NCBI GenBank assembly: GCA_963824935.1
Contig: CAWGRF010000022.1
Location: 15,449 to 79,448 of the forward strand
Source: an uncultured beta proteobacterium
GTDB taxonomy: Bacteria; Pseudomonadota; Gammaproteobacteria; Burkholderiales; Burkholderiaceae_F
Length of the DNA: 64,000 nt
Direction of reading: 5' to 3'
Shown: one piece after another, positions 30,468 to 42,455 of the stretch
Position numbering within the stretch: the stretch's first letter is position 1
Layout: every line of letters begins with the position of its first letter
Program-made: the position numbers and the translations under genes
The notes under the pieces: model-generated
The model's database searches: none
Told to the model about the DNA's origin: nothing
The model's input: the letters and a program-made list of their open reading frames with translations, nothing else

Positions 30468-31547
30468 ATGAACATGGTCACCAAATCTGAAATGCTTGCC
30501 GCTGCAACAATCAGCGATCCGCGCTGGGCCGCCGCGGTCAGGCGCGACCCGGCGGCGGACGGGAAGTTTTTCTACTCGGTCAGGAGCACTGGCGTGTACT
30601 GCCGCCCTTCGTGCGCCGCCCGTACGCCGCGGCCCGAAAACGTAGTCTTCTATGACACAGCGGCCGACGCGGAGCGCGCGGGCTTCCGTCCGTGCAAACG
30701 TTGCCGGCCAGATCAGCCCGCAAGGGCGGATCAGCACGCGGCGAAGGTGGCCGACCTCTGCCGCTTTATCGAGAAGGCGGAACAGCCGCCGACTCTGCAC
30801 GTACTGGCGGCGCGCGCAGGAATGAGCGCCTATCACCTGCATCGCGTCTTCAAGGGCATCACCGGATTGACGCCAAAGGCTTACGCAGCTGCGCATCGTG
30901 CCAAGCGTGTCAGGCAACAGCTCGATCACGGCAAGACGGTGACGCAAGCCATCTACGACGCGGGCTACAACTCGCAGGGACGGTTCTACGAAGAATCGAA
31001 TCACGTGCTCGGCATGACACCCACCACATATCGCGCGGGTGGCGTTGATACCGAAATACGCTTTGCCATCGGCGAGAGTTCGCTCGGTTCGATCCTCGTT
31101 GCGCAAAGCGACCGCGGTGTGTGCGCCATCATGATGGGTGACGATCCCGATCAGCTTGCGCGCGATCTGCAGGACCGGTTTCCGAATGCGCGACTGATCG
31201 GTGGCGACGCCGAGTTCGAGCAGGTGGTGGCAAAGGTCGTAGGACTGGTCGAAGCGCCGGGTGTGGGCCTTGATCTGCCGCTCGACGTGCGCGGCACCGC
31301 ATTTCAGCAGCGCGTCTGGCAGGCATTGCGCGAGATCCCGGTGGGGGAGACGGTGAGTTACACCGAACTCGCCAAACGGATCGGCTCGCCAAAATCGTTC
31401 AGGGCGGTGGCGCAGGCGTGCGGCGCCAACCCGCTGGCGGTAGCGATTCCGTGCCATCGCGTCGTGCGCAACGATGGCGCGCTTTCGGGCTATCGCTGGG
31501 GCGTCGAGCGCAAGCGCGCGTTGCTCGAACGCGAAGGCAACGCATGA
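30468..31547 (+). CDS. ada: bifunctional Ada: AraC-type regulator / methylated-DNA-protein-cysteine methyltransferase
   Basis: N-Ada Zn site (YCRPSCAAR ... PCKRC), AraC HTH (SAYHLHRVFKGITGLTPKAY) and a C-terminal PCHRV active site. The start is ATG 30468 or 30474. Confidence 0.9.
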   Translation: MNMVTKSEMLAAATISDPRWAAAVRRDPAADGKFFYSVRSTGVYCRPSCAARTPRPENVVFYDTAADAERAGFRPCKRCRPDQPARADQHAAKVADLCRFIEKAEQPPTLHVLAARAGMSAYHLHRVFKGITGLTPKAYAAAHRAKRVRQQLDHGKTVTQAIYDAGYNSQGRFYEESNHVLGMTPTTYRAGGVDTEIRFAIGESSLGSILVAQSDRGVCAIMMGDDPDQLARDLQDRFPNARLIGGDAEFEQVVAKVVGLVEAPGVGLDLPLDVRGTAFQQRVWQALREIPVGETVSYTELAKRIGSPKSFRAVAQACGANPLAVAIPCHRVVRNDGALSGYRWGVERKRALLEREGNA

Positions 31548-31774
31548 ATGTGCTCGATACCGAAATGAGCAAAGCGTTCGTGATGGCGGCGATCGGACAG
31601 CTGGTAGATGGCGACCTGGCCGAGTGGAATCGCACCGCAGATGGCGAACTCGAATTGCGCCTCGCATCGGGCGAGAGCTTCCTGATGGGTGACGGCAGTA
31701 TTACTTCGCAGAAGCGCTTGACTGGAACGGTTTCTCTGCCGTCGATTCATCTCTTCGCGAGAACGCCCGGATGA
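31544..31774 (+). CDS. 76-aa hypothetical protein translationally coupled between ada and the 2OG oxygenase
   Basis: ATG 31544 overlaps the ada stop (ATGA), and its own stop overlaps the next ATG (ATGA at 31771). The sequence is [51 protein letters not shown]... About two-thirds of third positions are G/C. No family recognised. Confidence 0.5.
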   Translation: MNVLDTEMSKAFVMAAIGQLVDGDLAEWNRTADGELELRLASGESFLMGDGSITSQKRLTGTVSLPSIHLFARTPG

Positions 31775-32517
31775 ATGCGCGTGACGACGCGATGGCCGTC
31801 GCTTCGGCGACCGATGTGGCCGAACGGATCAAGGCAATCGACTGGGCGCAAGTGTCTGACGACCTTGACTCGCAGGGCAGCGCTGTCATCGAAAGCTTGA
31901 TCTCGGCGGACGAGTGCGAGGCGCTCGCCGCTTTGTATCCGATCGACGGCTTGTTCCGCAGCCGAGTTGTCATGGCGCGGCATGGCTTCGGCCGCGGCGA
32001 GTACAAGTACTTCAGCTATCCGCTGCCGGAGTTGATCGCACGCTTGCGCACGGCGCTGTACCCGCCGCTCGCAGCAGTGGCCAATCGATGGAACGCCGCG
32101 ATGGGGATCGACGTGCGGTTTCCGCAGAAGCACGCGCAGTTCATCAAGCGCTGCCACGCAGCGGGCCAGCGGCGGCCGACACCGCTGCTGCTGCAATACG
32201 GCGCCGATGACTACAACTGCCTGCACCAGGATTTGTACGGCGAGCACGTCTTTCCGCTGCAGCTCACGATCCTGCTGTCCGAGCCCGGCCGCGACTTCAC
32301 CGGCGGCGAATTCGTGATGACCGAACAGCGTCCGCGCATGCAGTCCCGGCCGGTCGTGGTGCCGCTACGGCAGGGTGATGCGGTGATATTCGCAGTGCAC
32401 CAGCGCCCGGTGCAGGGTACGCGCGGCGCGTATCGAGTCAATCTGCGGCACGGCGTCAGCCGTGTGCGTTCCGGCCACCGCCACACGGCAGGCATCATCT
32501 TTCACGACGCGACGTGA
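31771..32517 (+). CDS. 2OG-Fe(II) oxygenase (prolyl-hydroxylase-like type commonly linked to ada)
   Basis: 248 aa. Candidate facial triad is H-x-D in [10 protein letters not shown] plus the distal H in NLRHGVSRV. It forms an operon with ada. Confidence 0.8.
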   Translation: MNARDDAMAVASATDVAERIKAIDWAQVSDDLDSQGSAVIESLISADECEALAALYPIDGLFRSRVVMARHGFGRGEYKYFSYPLPELIARLRTALYPPLAAVANRWNAAMGIDVRFPQKHAQFIKRCHAAGQRRPTPLLLQYGADDYNCLHQDLYGEHVFPLQLTILLSEPGRDFTGGEFVMTEQRPRMQSRPVVVPLRQGDAVIFAVHQRPVQGTRGAYRVNLRHGVSRVRSGHRHTAGIIFHDAT

Positions 32518-32526
32518 TGCACGTTC

Positions 32527-32929
32527 CTAAAGCGTGACCAAGTAGAAAACAACGCCACCCGCAAGTGCGGCAAGCACTGCGGCACGCAGTCGGATCGCCG
32601 CGCCGTCCTCGGCGGCCGTTGCGGACAGCCCCAGCTTGTCGCCGGTGAGCATCGGCGTAATCAAATCTTCGCCCCGCCACAGGTAAAACGCGATCGCGGC
32701 GACGTGCAGCGCCACCAGCGCGACCACGAGCCACCCGTTGTAGTAGTGCAGCGTTGATAAACGATCGCTCGTTGCACTCGGAAACAAACTTGACCCACGG
32801 GCCTTCGGTAAAGGTGCCGAGCTTGCCGGTCGTGAACGAGAACACAACCAGCGCCGCCAGCAGCCAGTGAAAAAGCCGCGTCGGCAGATCCCAGATTCGA
32901 ACCTTTTGGCCCGCCTCGATGATCTGCAA
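32527..32929 (-). pseudogene. cytochrome b561 / Ni-Fe-hydrogenase b-type cytochrome family remnant (frameshift, apparent internal deletion)
   Basis: TTG 32929 (AAGGA 8 nt upstream, just after secF) gives LQIIEAGQKVRIWDLPTRLFHWLLAALVVFSFTTGKLGTFTEGPWVKFVS. It then shifts at ~32770 to LSTLHYYNGWLVVALVALHVAAIAFYLWRGEDLITPMLTGDK..VVFYLVTL (ORF 32527..32847). Only about 133 codons are present, whereas I recall roughly 180-230 for this family. The two middle helices appear to be missing. Confidence 0.5.
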
Positions 32930-32940
32930 CGGCGGCGTCC

Positions 32941-33876
32941 TTACGGCACGAGTTGCTGTTCGTCTTCCCGCTTGACCGGCTTCACCAGGTCTTCGCGCTT
33001 GATTCCAAGGTACATCGCGATCGCGGCCGCGACGAACACGGACGAGTAGATGCCGAACAGAATGCCGATCGTAAGGGCCAGCGCGAAGTAGTGCAGCGCC
33101 GGTCCGCCGAAGAACAGCATCGACAGCGACATCGCCAACGTGCAGCCGTGCGTGATGATCGTGCGCGAGATCGTGGCCGTGATCGCCGAATCGATGACCT
33201 CCACCACGCTGGCGCGGCGCATCTTCTTGAAGTGTTCGCGCACACGATCGAAGATGATCACCGACTCGTTGACCGAGTAGCCGAGCACGGCGAGCACCGC
33301 GGCGAGCACCGGCAGCGAGAACTCCCAGCCGAAGATCGAGAACACGCCGACGACGAGTATCACGTCGTGCAAGTTGGCGATGATCGCGGCTACCGAGAAC
33401 TTCCACTCGAAGCGGAAGGCGAGGTAGACCATGATGCCGATCACGACCATTAGCAGCGCAAGCAATCCGTCCTGTGCGAGTTCGGCGCCTACCTGCGGGC
33501 CGACGAATTCGACTCTGCGCAGTTCGACTTTCGGATCACCGGCACGCAGGGTCTCCATCACGCGCTCGGCCTGCTGGCCCGAGGTGACGCCTTGCTGCAG
33601 CGGCAGGCGAATCAACACATCGCGCGAGGTGCCGAAGTTCTGAACCTGAAACTCGCCGCGTGCCTGCTGTTCGATCGCGCTGCGAATCTGCTCGAGCTGC
33701 GCCGGCTGCTGGTACGCGACCTCCATCACCGTTCCGCCGGTGAATTCGATCGACAAATTAAGTCCTCGAAATACCAGGAAGCCGACCGCGATGACGAACG
33801 AGATCGCCGAGATCGCATTCAGAATCAGCGAATACCGCATGAACGGAATCGTGCGGTGGATGCGAAAGAATTCCAT
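32941..33876 (-). CDS. secF: protein translocase subunit SecF
   Basis: 311 aa with FTGGT and VLGYSVNESVIIFDRVRE. It follows secD by 9 nt. Confidence 0.95.
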   Translation of the reverse strand: MEFFRIHRTIPFMRYSLILNAISAISFVIAVGFLVFRGLNLSIEFTGGTVMEVAYQQPAQLEQIRSAIEQQARGEFQVQNFGTSRDVLIRLPLQQGVTSGQQAERVMETLRAGDPKVELRRVEFVGPQVGAELAQDGLLALLMVVIGIMVYLAFRFEWKFSVAAIIANLHDVILVVGVFSIFGWEFSLPVLAAVLAVLGYSVNESVIIFDRVREHFKKMRRASVVEVIDSAITATISRTIITHGCTLAMSLSMLFFGGPALHYFALALTIGILFGIYSSVFVAAAIAMYLGIKREDLVKPVKREDEQQLVP

Positions 33877-33885
33877 TACGTCGTC

Positions 33886-35748
33886 CTATTTCGCCGCAGC
33901 AGCGCCGGGCTTCCACACCTGACCGACCGAGATCGCCGGCAGTTTCTTGCGCGTGCCGTAGTACAGATTGACGATCGCGCGTGATACGTACACAGCCGAA
34001 AAAATCGACGTCAGAATTCCGAGCACGTGCACCACCGCGAATCCGCGCACCGGCCCCGAGCCAAATGTCAGCAAAGCGACACCGGCGATCAAAGTCGTGA
34101 TGTTCGAATCCATGATCGTTGCCCACGCCTTGTCATACCCCTCGTAGATCGCCTGCTGCGGCGTTCGGCCGTTACGCAACTCTTCTCGTACGCGCTCGTT
34201 GATCAGCACGTTGGCATCGATTGCCATGCCGAGCGTGAGCGCAATCGCGGCGATGCCGGGCAATGTCAAGGTTGCCTGCAGTAACGACAGCAGGGCGATC
34301 AGCAGCATCAGGTTGACTGTCAGCGCGACCACCGAGATGACTCCGAACACGCGGTAGTACAGGATCATGAAGATCGAAATCGCGGCAAAGCCGTAAAGCG
34401 TCGACTTGAAACCCCGGTCAATGTTCTCGGCGCCGAGGCTCGGGCCGATCGTTCTTTCTTCGATGATTTCCATCGGTGCGGCGAGCGAGCCGGAGCGGAT
34501 CAGCAGCGCAAGGTCGGCGGTTTCCTGCACGCTGAAATTTCCGGTGATCTGAAACTGATTGCCGAACTCGCCTTGAATCGTCGCGACCGAGATCGCTTCG
34601 CCCTTGCCGCGCTCGTACAGCACGATCGCCATCAGGCGTCCGATGTTCTCGCGCGTTGCCGTGCGCATCGAGCGGCCACCGGCTTCGTCAAGTCGTACCG
34701 ACACCGCAGGGCGCTGATTCTGGTCCAGCGTGGCCGAAGCACCGTTTAACTGCGAACCCGTGACGACAACTTCGCGCTTCAACGGAATCTGCTTGATCGT
34801 CTGACCGTCGCGTTGTGGCACTGTCACGGCACCCGGCGTTCCCGCGGCCATCGCATCCTGATCGACCAGTCGGATTTCCAGTGTCGCGGTGCGACCGAGC
34901 AGCTGCTTCGCGCGCGCAACATCCTGCACGCCGGGCAACTGCACGACGATGCGGTCGGTGCCTTGCTGTTGAATCACCGGCTCGGCTACGCCGAGTTCGT
35001 TGACGCGGTTATGCAAGGTCGAGATGTTCTGCCTGAGAGCGGAATCCTGAATTGCCCTTTGCCCGACCGGCGTCAATGTCGCAACCAGCGCGAGGTCGTC
35101 GCCGCTTCCTGTCTCGCGCAGAGCGAGCTCGCCGATCTGCGAGCGCAACAGGTCCTGTGCGCGCGTGCGCATCTCGGCGTCGCGAAAACGGATCTCGATC
35201 GAGGCTGGCGTCTTGTTTATACCGGCGTGACGGATATTCTTTTCGCGCAGCAAGGTGCGGATATCCGACGTCAGCGTATCGAGCCGCTTGTCGATCGCTG
35301 CGCGCATATCGACCTGCAGCAGAAAGTGCACGCCGCCGCGCAAGTCGAGGCCGAGGTACATCGGCAATGCATTGACTCCGACCAGCCAGCGCGGCGTGTT
35401 GGAAATCAGATTCAGCGCGACGATGTAGGCCGGATCTTCCGCGTCGGGACTCAGAGCGCGCTGGATTGTGTCTTTCGCCTTCAGTTGGGTGTCGGTGTCG
35501 GCAAAGCGCACACGAACCGTGGAGTTGGTGCCGATAGTGTCGAAGAAAGCGCCGGCATGCGGTATCTGTGCTTCGTTCAGTATCGACTCGACTCTCGACA
35601 TCAATGCCGGATCGATCTTGACCGTCTGCTTGCCAGAGGAAACCTGAACCGCCGGTGACTCGCCGAAAAAATTCGGCAGCGTGTAGATCGCGCCGAATAT
35701 CAGCGCGATAGCAATGACGATATATTTCCAGAGCGCATAGCGGTTCAT
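33886..35748 (-). CDS. secD: protein translocase subunit SecD
   Basis: ATG 35748 gives MNRYALWKYIVIAIALIFGAIYTLPNFFG; 620 aa with LDLRGGVHF and DANVLINERVREE. Confidence 0.95.
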   Translation of the reverse strand: MNRYALWKYIVIAIALIFGAIYTLPNFFGESPAVQVSSGKQTVKIDPALMSRVESILNEAQIPHAGAFFDTIGTNSTVRVRFADTDTQLKAKDTIQRALSPDAEDPAYIVALNLISNTPRWLVGVNALPMYLGLDLRGGVHFLLQVDMRAAIDKRLDTLTSDIRTLLREKNIRHAGINKTPASIEIRFRDAEMRTRAQDLLRSQIGELALRETGSGDDLALVATLTPVGQRAIQDSALRQNISTLHNRVNELGVAEPVIQQQGTDRIVVQLPGVQDVARAKQLLGRTATLEIRLVDQDAMAAGTPGAVTVPQRDGQTIKQIPLKREVVVTGSQLNGASATLDQNQRPAVSVRLDEAGGRSMRTATRENIGRLMAIVLYERGKGEAISVATIQGEFGNQFQITGNFSVQETADLALLIRSGSLAAPMEIIEERTIGPSLGAENIDRGFKSTLYGFAAISIFMILYYRVFGVISVVALTVNLMLLIALLSLLQATLTLPGIAAIALTLGMAIDANVLINERVREELRNGRTPQQAIYEGYDKAWATIMDSNITTLIAGVALLTFGSGPVRGFAVVHVLGILTSIFSAVYVSRAIVNLYYGTRKKLPAISVGQVWKPGAAAAK

Positions 35749-35758
35749 AAATGCGGAT

Positions 35759-36106
35759 TCATGCGGGCTTGAACGTGTCTTTCGGCAACAGTGTCTGCAC
35801 CGCCATTTTCTGCATCGAGAGCTGTACCGGCTGGCCATTGACCGCGGCCACCTGCAACGTCACGAACTGATCGTTGATCTCGGTGATCTTGCCGACGATG
35901 CCGCCCGCGGTGATCACTTCGTCGCCTTTTTTCAGCGAGTCGGCCATCGCCTTGTGTTCCTTCTGGCGCTTGACCTGCGGACGGATCAGCAGGAAGTAGA
36001 ACACGACGAAGATCAGCACCATGAAGCCGATCGACATAATCGACGATTCAGGCCCCGACTGGGCGGCCGGCGCCGCCTGTGCGAACGCATTGCTGATGAG
36101 AAACAT
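35759..36106 (-). CDS. yajC: preprotein translocase subunit YajC
   Basis: 115 aa with a single TM segment followed by LKKGDEVITAGGIVGKI. Confidence 0.9.
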   Translation of the reverse strand: MFLISNAFAQAAPAAQSGPESSIMSIGFMVLIFVVFYFLLIRPQVKRQKEHKAMADSLKKGDEVITAGGIVGKITEINDQFVTLQVAAVNGQPVQLSMQKMAVQTLLPKDTFKPA

Positions 36107-36215
36107 GATGGTTGCCCTCGACGCAAATTGCAGGATGAAGGTTCAGCGGGGCGCGATTATAACGGCGGCCCCTCGATGATGCGGCGTGCAAACCTGTGGA
36201 CAGTCGCCACCGAGT

Positions 36216-38362
<2,147 letters not shown>

Positions 38363-38436
38363 GAGTCAGTTCGGTGTCGATCTGCATGGCTTTACCGGCC
38401 ACTATTACTGATGGTAGCCGCTTGGCCACCCAGCAA

Positions 38437-38964
38437 CTAAGCGCCGAGATTGCGGTAGTAGTAGGTGGTGCTGCACAGGCCGCCTTGCGGGAACAAGGCG
38501 TAGCCGGGGATATCACCCACACGCACCCAACCCAGGCGCTCGTACAGGCGTGCGGCGTCGCCTTCGGTGACGGCGTCGAGCACCAGCAGTGTCTTGCCGC
38601 ATTCGCGCGCCGTGGCTTCGGCGGCTCGCATCAGCGCCGCTCCTAGCCCTTGGCGGCGGGCGCGGCGATGCACCAGCATCTTCGACAGATCGGCGCGGTG
38701 CGGTTGGTTCTCGGGCAGGTCGAACACCAACTGCACGGTGCCGCACGCGCCTTGCGCATCTTCGGCGACCAGCAGCGCGCGTTCACCCGCAGCCACGCCT
38801 TGCGCCACTCGGCGCCAGAACGCCACGGCGCGCTCGCGCGTCAGCGGGTGCATGAAGCTCACCGACGCACCGCCTTCGACGCAATCGATCAACACGTCGG
38901 CGAGTGCGTCGATCTGCGCCTCATCGAGCACCTGCAGGCGTCGTAGCGACCAGGGTGTCATCAT
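38437..38964 (-). CDS. GNAT family N-acetyltransferase
   Basis: 175 aa with core LVHRRARRQGLGAALMRAAE and ARLYERLGW. Confidence 0.8.
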   Translation of the reverse strand: MMTPWSLRRLQVLDEAQIDALADVLIDCVEGGASVSFMHPLTRERAVAFWRRVAQGVAAGERALLVAEDAQGACGTVQLVFDLPENQPHRADLSKMLVHRRARRQGLGAALMRAAEATARECGKTLLVLDAVTEGDAARLYERLGWVRVGDIPGYALFPQGGLCSTTYYYRNLGA

Positions 38965-38976
38965 CGTCTCGAGGAG

Positions 38977-39522
38977 TTAGGCAGCACGTTGCCGCAGCAG
39001 AGCATGGATTTTCTCGATGGTGGCCCAGTTGCGTGTGGTTCCTGACCGATCGAGCTTACTGAGCAAGGCAACGGCTACCTTGCTCTCGAGGATGCCGTTC
39101 TCGCACCAGACGTATGCCGCGTGTTTGCCCACGTGCATCTGCTCGGACGCCCACTCTGCCCTGGCCAATGGTTCGAGCGCTGCCAGTGACTTCGTACTGT
39201 TGGTCAGAGCGACGAGCAGGCGGGACGGATCGGTAGCGGTGGCTGCGAGCTTGTTGCCTGCCACGACATCGGCTATGTCCTTGGCCGACTTGACGATGAC
39301 CAAGGCTTCCACACCCAGTTGACTGGCAACCGCAGATTGAATGCGCTCGGCGTGACTCGCCTGAGAACTCGCAGGTCCATCAAAGACCGCGTTGCCGCTG
39401 TTCAACAGGGTTTGCACGTTGGTATACCCAAGCGACGCAAGCAGGGCACGCAGGTCGGCCATCGCTACGCGCTTGGCGCGGCCTACGTTTATGCCTCGAA
39501 GCAGAGCGACGAAACGAGCCAC
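38977..39522 (-). CDS. DUF1697 domain-containing protein
   Basis: 181 aa. The N-terminus ARFVALLRGINVGRAKRVAMADLRALL is the DUF1697 hallmark. GTG start. Confidence 0.8.
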   Translation of the reverse strand: MARFVALLRGINVGRAKRVAMADLRALLASLGYTNVQTLLNSGNAVFDGPASSQASHAERIQSAVASQLGVEALVIVKSAKDIADVVAGNKLAATATDPSRLLVALTNSTKSLAALEPLARAEWASEQMHVGKHAAYVWCENGILESKVAVALLSKLDRSGTTRNWATIEKIHALLRQRAA

Positions 39523-39552
39523 CTTAGCTGCGAGCGACAGCGCCTGTTCGCT

Positions 39553-40014
39553 TCACACCTTCCCCGACTTGATCACCGTTCCGTCATCGTTGAGCAGTCG
39601 CCATGTATCGCCCTCGGTGTACAGAATCCTTCCCACATCGGGGTAATGGCAAACGTCGTCTGTCACTCGTGTACCTACGATCAGATAGGTACAGGGTGCC
39701 CTCGTGCGATTGACGACCTGATGGGCGTTTGCCATACCTGCAGGCCAGCAGGCCGCGTCGCCCGGACGAAGTACATGAGCGCCATCGTCCTCGATGAGGG
39801 TCGCTTCGCCGGAAAGCATGTAGAGGAACTCGTCTTCCTCCTCATGCCAGTGTCGCTCGGAAGATCGCGAGCCGGGTTGTAACGTCTCGACGTACGCGCC
39901 GAACTGCGTCAAGCCGCCCGCATCGGAGTAGCGCAGCGACTCGAAAGCGCCGAACCGCTCCGCGCGCCCCTCGATCCCCCGATCAGCCCGTGGTTGACCT
40001 TTTCGAATGATCAT
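39553..40014 (-). CDS. cupin domain-containing protein
   Basis: ATG 40014 with GGAG 7 nt upstream. The cupin motif region is SSERHWHEEEDEFLYMLSGE ... PGDAACWPAGMANAH. Confidence 0.75.
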   Translation of the reverse strand: MIIRKGQPRADRGIEGRAERFGAFESLRYSDAGGLTQFGAYVETLQPGSRSSERHWHEEEDEFLYMLSGEATLIEDDGAHVLRPGDAACWPAGMANAHQVVNRTRAPCTYLIVGTRVTDDVCHYPDVGRILYTEGDTWRLLNDDGTVIKSGKV

Positions 40015-40074
40015 CTGGATCGCTCCGGGCACCCAACTGCCCGATCAGCCGCTAGGTGCCGCTTTCCTACAGGT

Positions 40075-40248
40075 TCACTCTGGTTCGAGCATGGCATCGC
40101 GCGAAGCCGCGTTGGCAAGTCCGACCATTGAGATCTCGTTCCGTGCATTCCAGAAGACGACTCGCCGAACGAGACTGCGCTGCTCGTTCCAGAGGTCTAG
40201 AACGAATGCCTCGGCTTCATCGAGAATCGCTCGGCTGTGGACCTTCAT
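40075..40248 (-). CDS. possible 57-aa ORF (hypothetical; below the ORF-track threshold)
   Basis: ATG 40248 lies inside the 3' end of the DUF1330 gene in another frame. The product is MKVHSRAILDEAEAFVLDLWNEQRSLVRRVVFWNARNEISMVGLANAASRDAMLEPE. About 66% of third positions are G/C. It fills an otherwise empty 184-nt gap. No family recognised. Confidence 0.2.
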   Translation of the reverse strand: MKVHSRAILDEAEAFVLDLWNEQRSLVRRVVFWNARNEISMVGLANAASRDAMLEPE

Positions 40249-40531
40249 AGCCCTCGATGATGATCAGATCGGCTGTTGACACCGGTTGCCGGAGCTTGAG
40301 TGCCTGTTGGTATTCAGATGACTTCCAGCAATCGACTGCAGCGTCGTAAGAAGGAAACTCGATCACCGCGTTGCGAGTGCGGCTGCTTCCCTCGGGGTTT
40401 TCGAAGCGGCCCGCACGCACCAAGAAGCGCGCACCGTACTTCTTAAATGGCGCGGCATTGGCTGCGATGTAGGCCTTGTACTTTTCCTGATCAGCAACGT
40501 CGACGCGTACGACCCAGTATCCCTTTGGCAT
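40217..40531 (-). CDS. DUF1330 domain-containing protein
   Basis: 104 aa with GAAGGAAG RBS. MPKGYWVVRVDV..YKAYIAANAAPFKKYGARFLVRAG..VIEFPSYDAAVDCWKSSEYQ is typical of DUF1330. Confidence 0.8.
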   Translation of the reverse strand: MPKGYWVVRVDVADQEKYKAYIAANAAPFKKYGARFLVRAGRFENPEGSSRTRNAVIEFPSYDAAVDCWKSSEYQQALKLRQPVSTADLIIIEGYEGPQPSDSR

Positions 40532-40619
40532 AGCTTCCTTCAGTTGCGAGTGACGAGGTTGTTGAATGATGCCCGACGTGGAGGCGACTCACCGCTTCGT
40601 AATGCCGGCAAGTGTCGCA

Positions 40620-42320
40620 TCAGGGTTTCCAGTCCACCGAGTGCTCTTCGAGGTAGGCGTCGATGGCAGCACCCATCGTGGGATAAAAGTTCGCGGCACC
40701 GAAACGGTCGAACAGTTCGAAGCGCTTCAGCTTGTCTTTGACCGGATCCTTCATTTCTGCGAACCGCAGCTCGATGTTTGATTCGCGCAGGGTCTGCACG
40801 AGCTCGACCAGCATGTCCGCCGAAGTGACATCGATGCTGGTGACCGGCTCGGCAGCCACGATGATCCTTCGCACGGGTGTCGGCGATGCCACCACGGCTT
40901 CCAGTACGCGCTGGTGAAACAGCTCGGCATTGGCGAAGAACAGCGGTGCATCCCAACGAAACATCACCAGTCCGGGTATCAGCCGCGCATCGGGATAGCG
41001 CTTGATGTCGTGGTAGCCGCGGACGCCGTCGACTCGACCGAGCACCGCGTAATGGGGCCGCCAGCCATCCCACAGGAATTCGATGACGGCGAGCACGATT
41101 GCGATGCCGATGCCGGGAATCACGCCGAAGACGGCGACGCCGACAAAGCAGGCGACGGACAGCCAGAACTCCCATTGCTGGATGCGGAAGATGCGGCGCA
41201 GGTCTGCGAACTCGAAGAGGCCGATGGCCGCGGCAATCACCACCGCCGCCAGTGCACTGCTCGGAAGATCCTTGAGCAGATTGGGTGCGAACACCAGGAG
41301 CAGCGCGACGGCGATGGCGCCGACCACGCCAGTGAGCTGCGTCTTCGAGCCCGCGGCTTCGGCGACGGGCGTGCGCGACGAGCTGCTGCTGATCGGAAAT
41401 CCCTGGAACAATCCCGCGGCGAGATTGGCAGCCCCCAGGCCGATCATCTCCTGGTTCGGATCCACGGGGGTGCGGATCTTGGCTGCATACGTACGCGAAA
41501 GAACGCTGGTGTCGGCGAACGCCACCATCGCGACGGCGCAACCGCCAATCACCACCTGACTGAGGTCGGCAAGACTGATCAACGGCAGCGTGAAGGACGG
41601 CAACCCTTGTGGCAGCGGACCCAGCACCTTTACCGCCGCCGTCTGGTCGAGGCCCAACACACCAACCACGATGGTGGCGGCCACAACGGCGATCAGGAGC
41701 CCGGGAATCCGCTTGAAGGGCTTGAGCAACAGGATCGCCGCCAGCGTGCCCGCGCCTACCGCGAAGGCGGTCCAGTTGGCTTCGCCACCGAGGATCGATT
41801 CGACGATCTGCTTGAGATCGCGCAGCGGCCCGACGCCGTCGATCGAAAAGCCGAAGAGCTTCGGCAGCTGGCTGATCAGCACCGTGAGCGCGATGCCGTT
41901 CATGTAGCCGTAGCGGATCGGTTTCGACAGCAGCTCCGTGACGAATCCAAGCCGCATCACGCCGATCAGGATGCACACCAGCCCCGACACGACGGCCATC
42001 ATGCTTGCTATGGCCACGGCCCGCATCGGATCGCCGCCCGAGAGCGGCAGCACGACCGCGAGTATCACCGCGGCGAGCGAGGAGTCCGGCCCCAGCACCA
42101 GAATGCGGCTGGGACCGAAGAGCGCGTAGGCGAGCAGTGGAACGATAGTGGCGTACAGGCCGTAGATGCCCGGCACGCCCGAAGCCACGGCGTAGGCGAT
42201 GCCCACCGGCACCAGCATCGTGGTCAGCACCAGGCCGGCCATCAGATCGTGTGGAAGCCAGCGTGCTTCGTACGTGCTGAGCATCTGCAGTCCGGGCAGC
42301 CAGCGCTTCCAGCCGTTCAT
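40620..42320 (-). CDS. SulP family inorganic anion (sulfate) permease with C-terminal STAS domain
   Basis: ATG 42320 (AAGGA RBS), 566 aa. It has a multi-TM body (GIAYAVASGVPGIYGLYATIVPLLAYALFGPSR) and a STAS tail (VMFRWDAPLFFANAE...). Confidence 0.9.
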   Translation of the reverse strand: MNGWKRWLPGLQMLSTYEARWLPHDLMAGLVLTTMLVPVGIAYAVASGVPGIYGLYATIVPLLAYALFGPSRILVLGPDSSLAAVILAVVLPLSGGDPMRAVAIASMMAVVSGLVCILIGVMRLGFVTELLSKPIRYGYMNGIALTVLISQLPKLFGFSIDGVGPLRDLKQIVESILGGEANWTAFAVGAGTLAAILLLKPFKRIPGLLIAVVAATIVVGVLGLDQTAAVKVLGPLPQGLPSFTLPLISLADLSQVVIGGCAVAMVAFADTSVLSRTYAAKIRTPVDPNQEMIGLGAANLAAGLFQGFPISSSSSRTPVAEAAGSKTQLTGVVGAIAVALLLVFAPNLLKDLPSSALAAVVIAAAIGLFEFADLRRIFRIQQWEFWLSVACFVGVAVFGVIPGIGIAIVLAVIEFLWDGWRPHYAVLGRVDGVRGYHDIKRYPDARLIPGLVMFRWDAPLFFANAELFHQRVLEAVVASPTPVRRIIVAAEPVTSIDVTSADMLVELVQTLRESNIELRFAEMKDPVKDKLKRFELFDRFGAANFYPTMGAAIDAYLEEHSVDWKP

Positions 42321-42455
42321 GCCTTGTCCTTTTGAAGGTGCGTTCAATGGCAGCGACACGATTTGCTCCGCGTGACTTAGCAATATGCCGAATCATGCAT
42401 CCGCGCCTCGTGGCGCGAACAACCCAGACAACCCGAACGCCGGACTGCTCACCGG

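Noticed and set aside
30054-31667. 537-aa minus-strand ORF
   Set aside because: It is antisense to the GNAT 3' end and the whole ada gene. It is Arg-rich with no recognisable domains, whereas ada on the + strand has unambiguous Zn-site, HTH and PCHRV motifs.
40540-42396. 618-aa minus-strand ORF overlapping the SulP gene
   Set aside because: It is an alternative frame of the same strand. It is extremely Arg/Gly/Asp-rich, while the 587-aa frame gives a normal multi-TM SulP/STAS protein.
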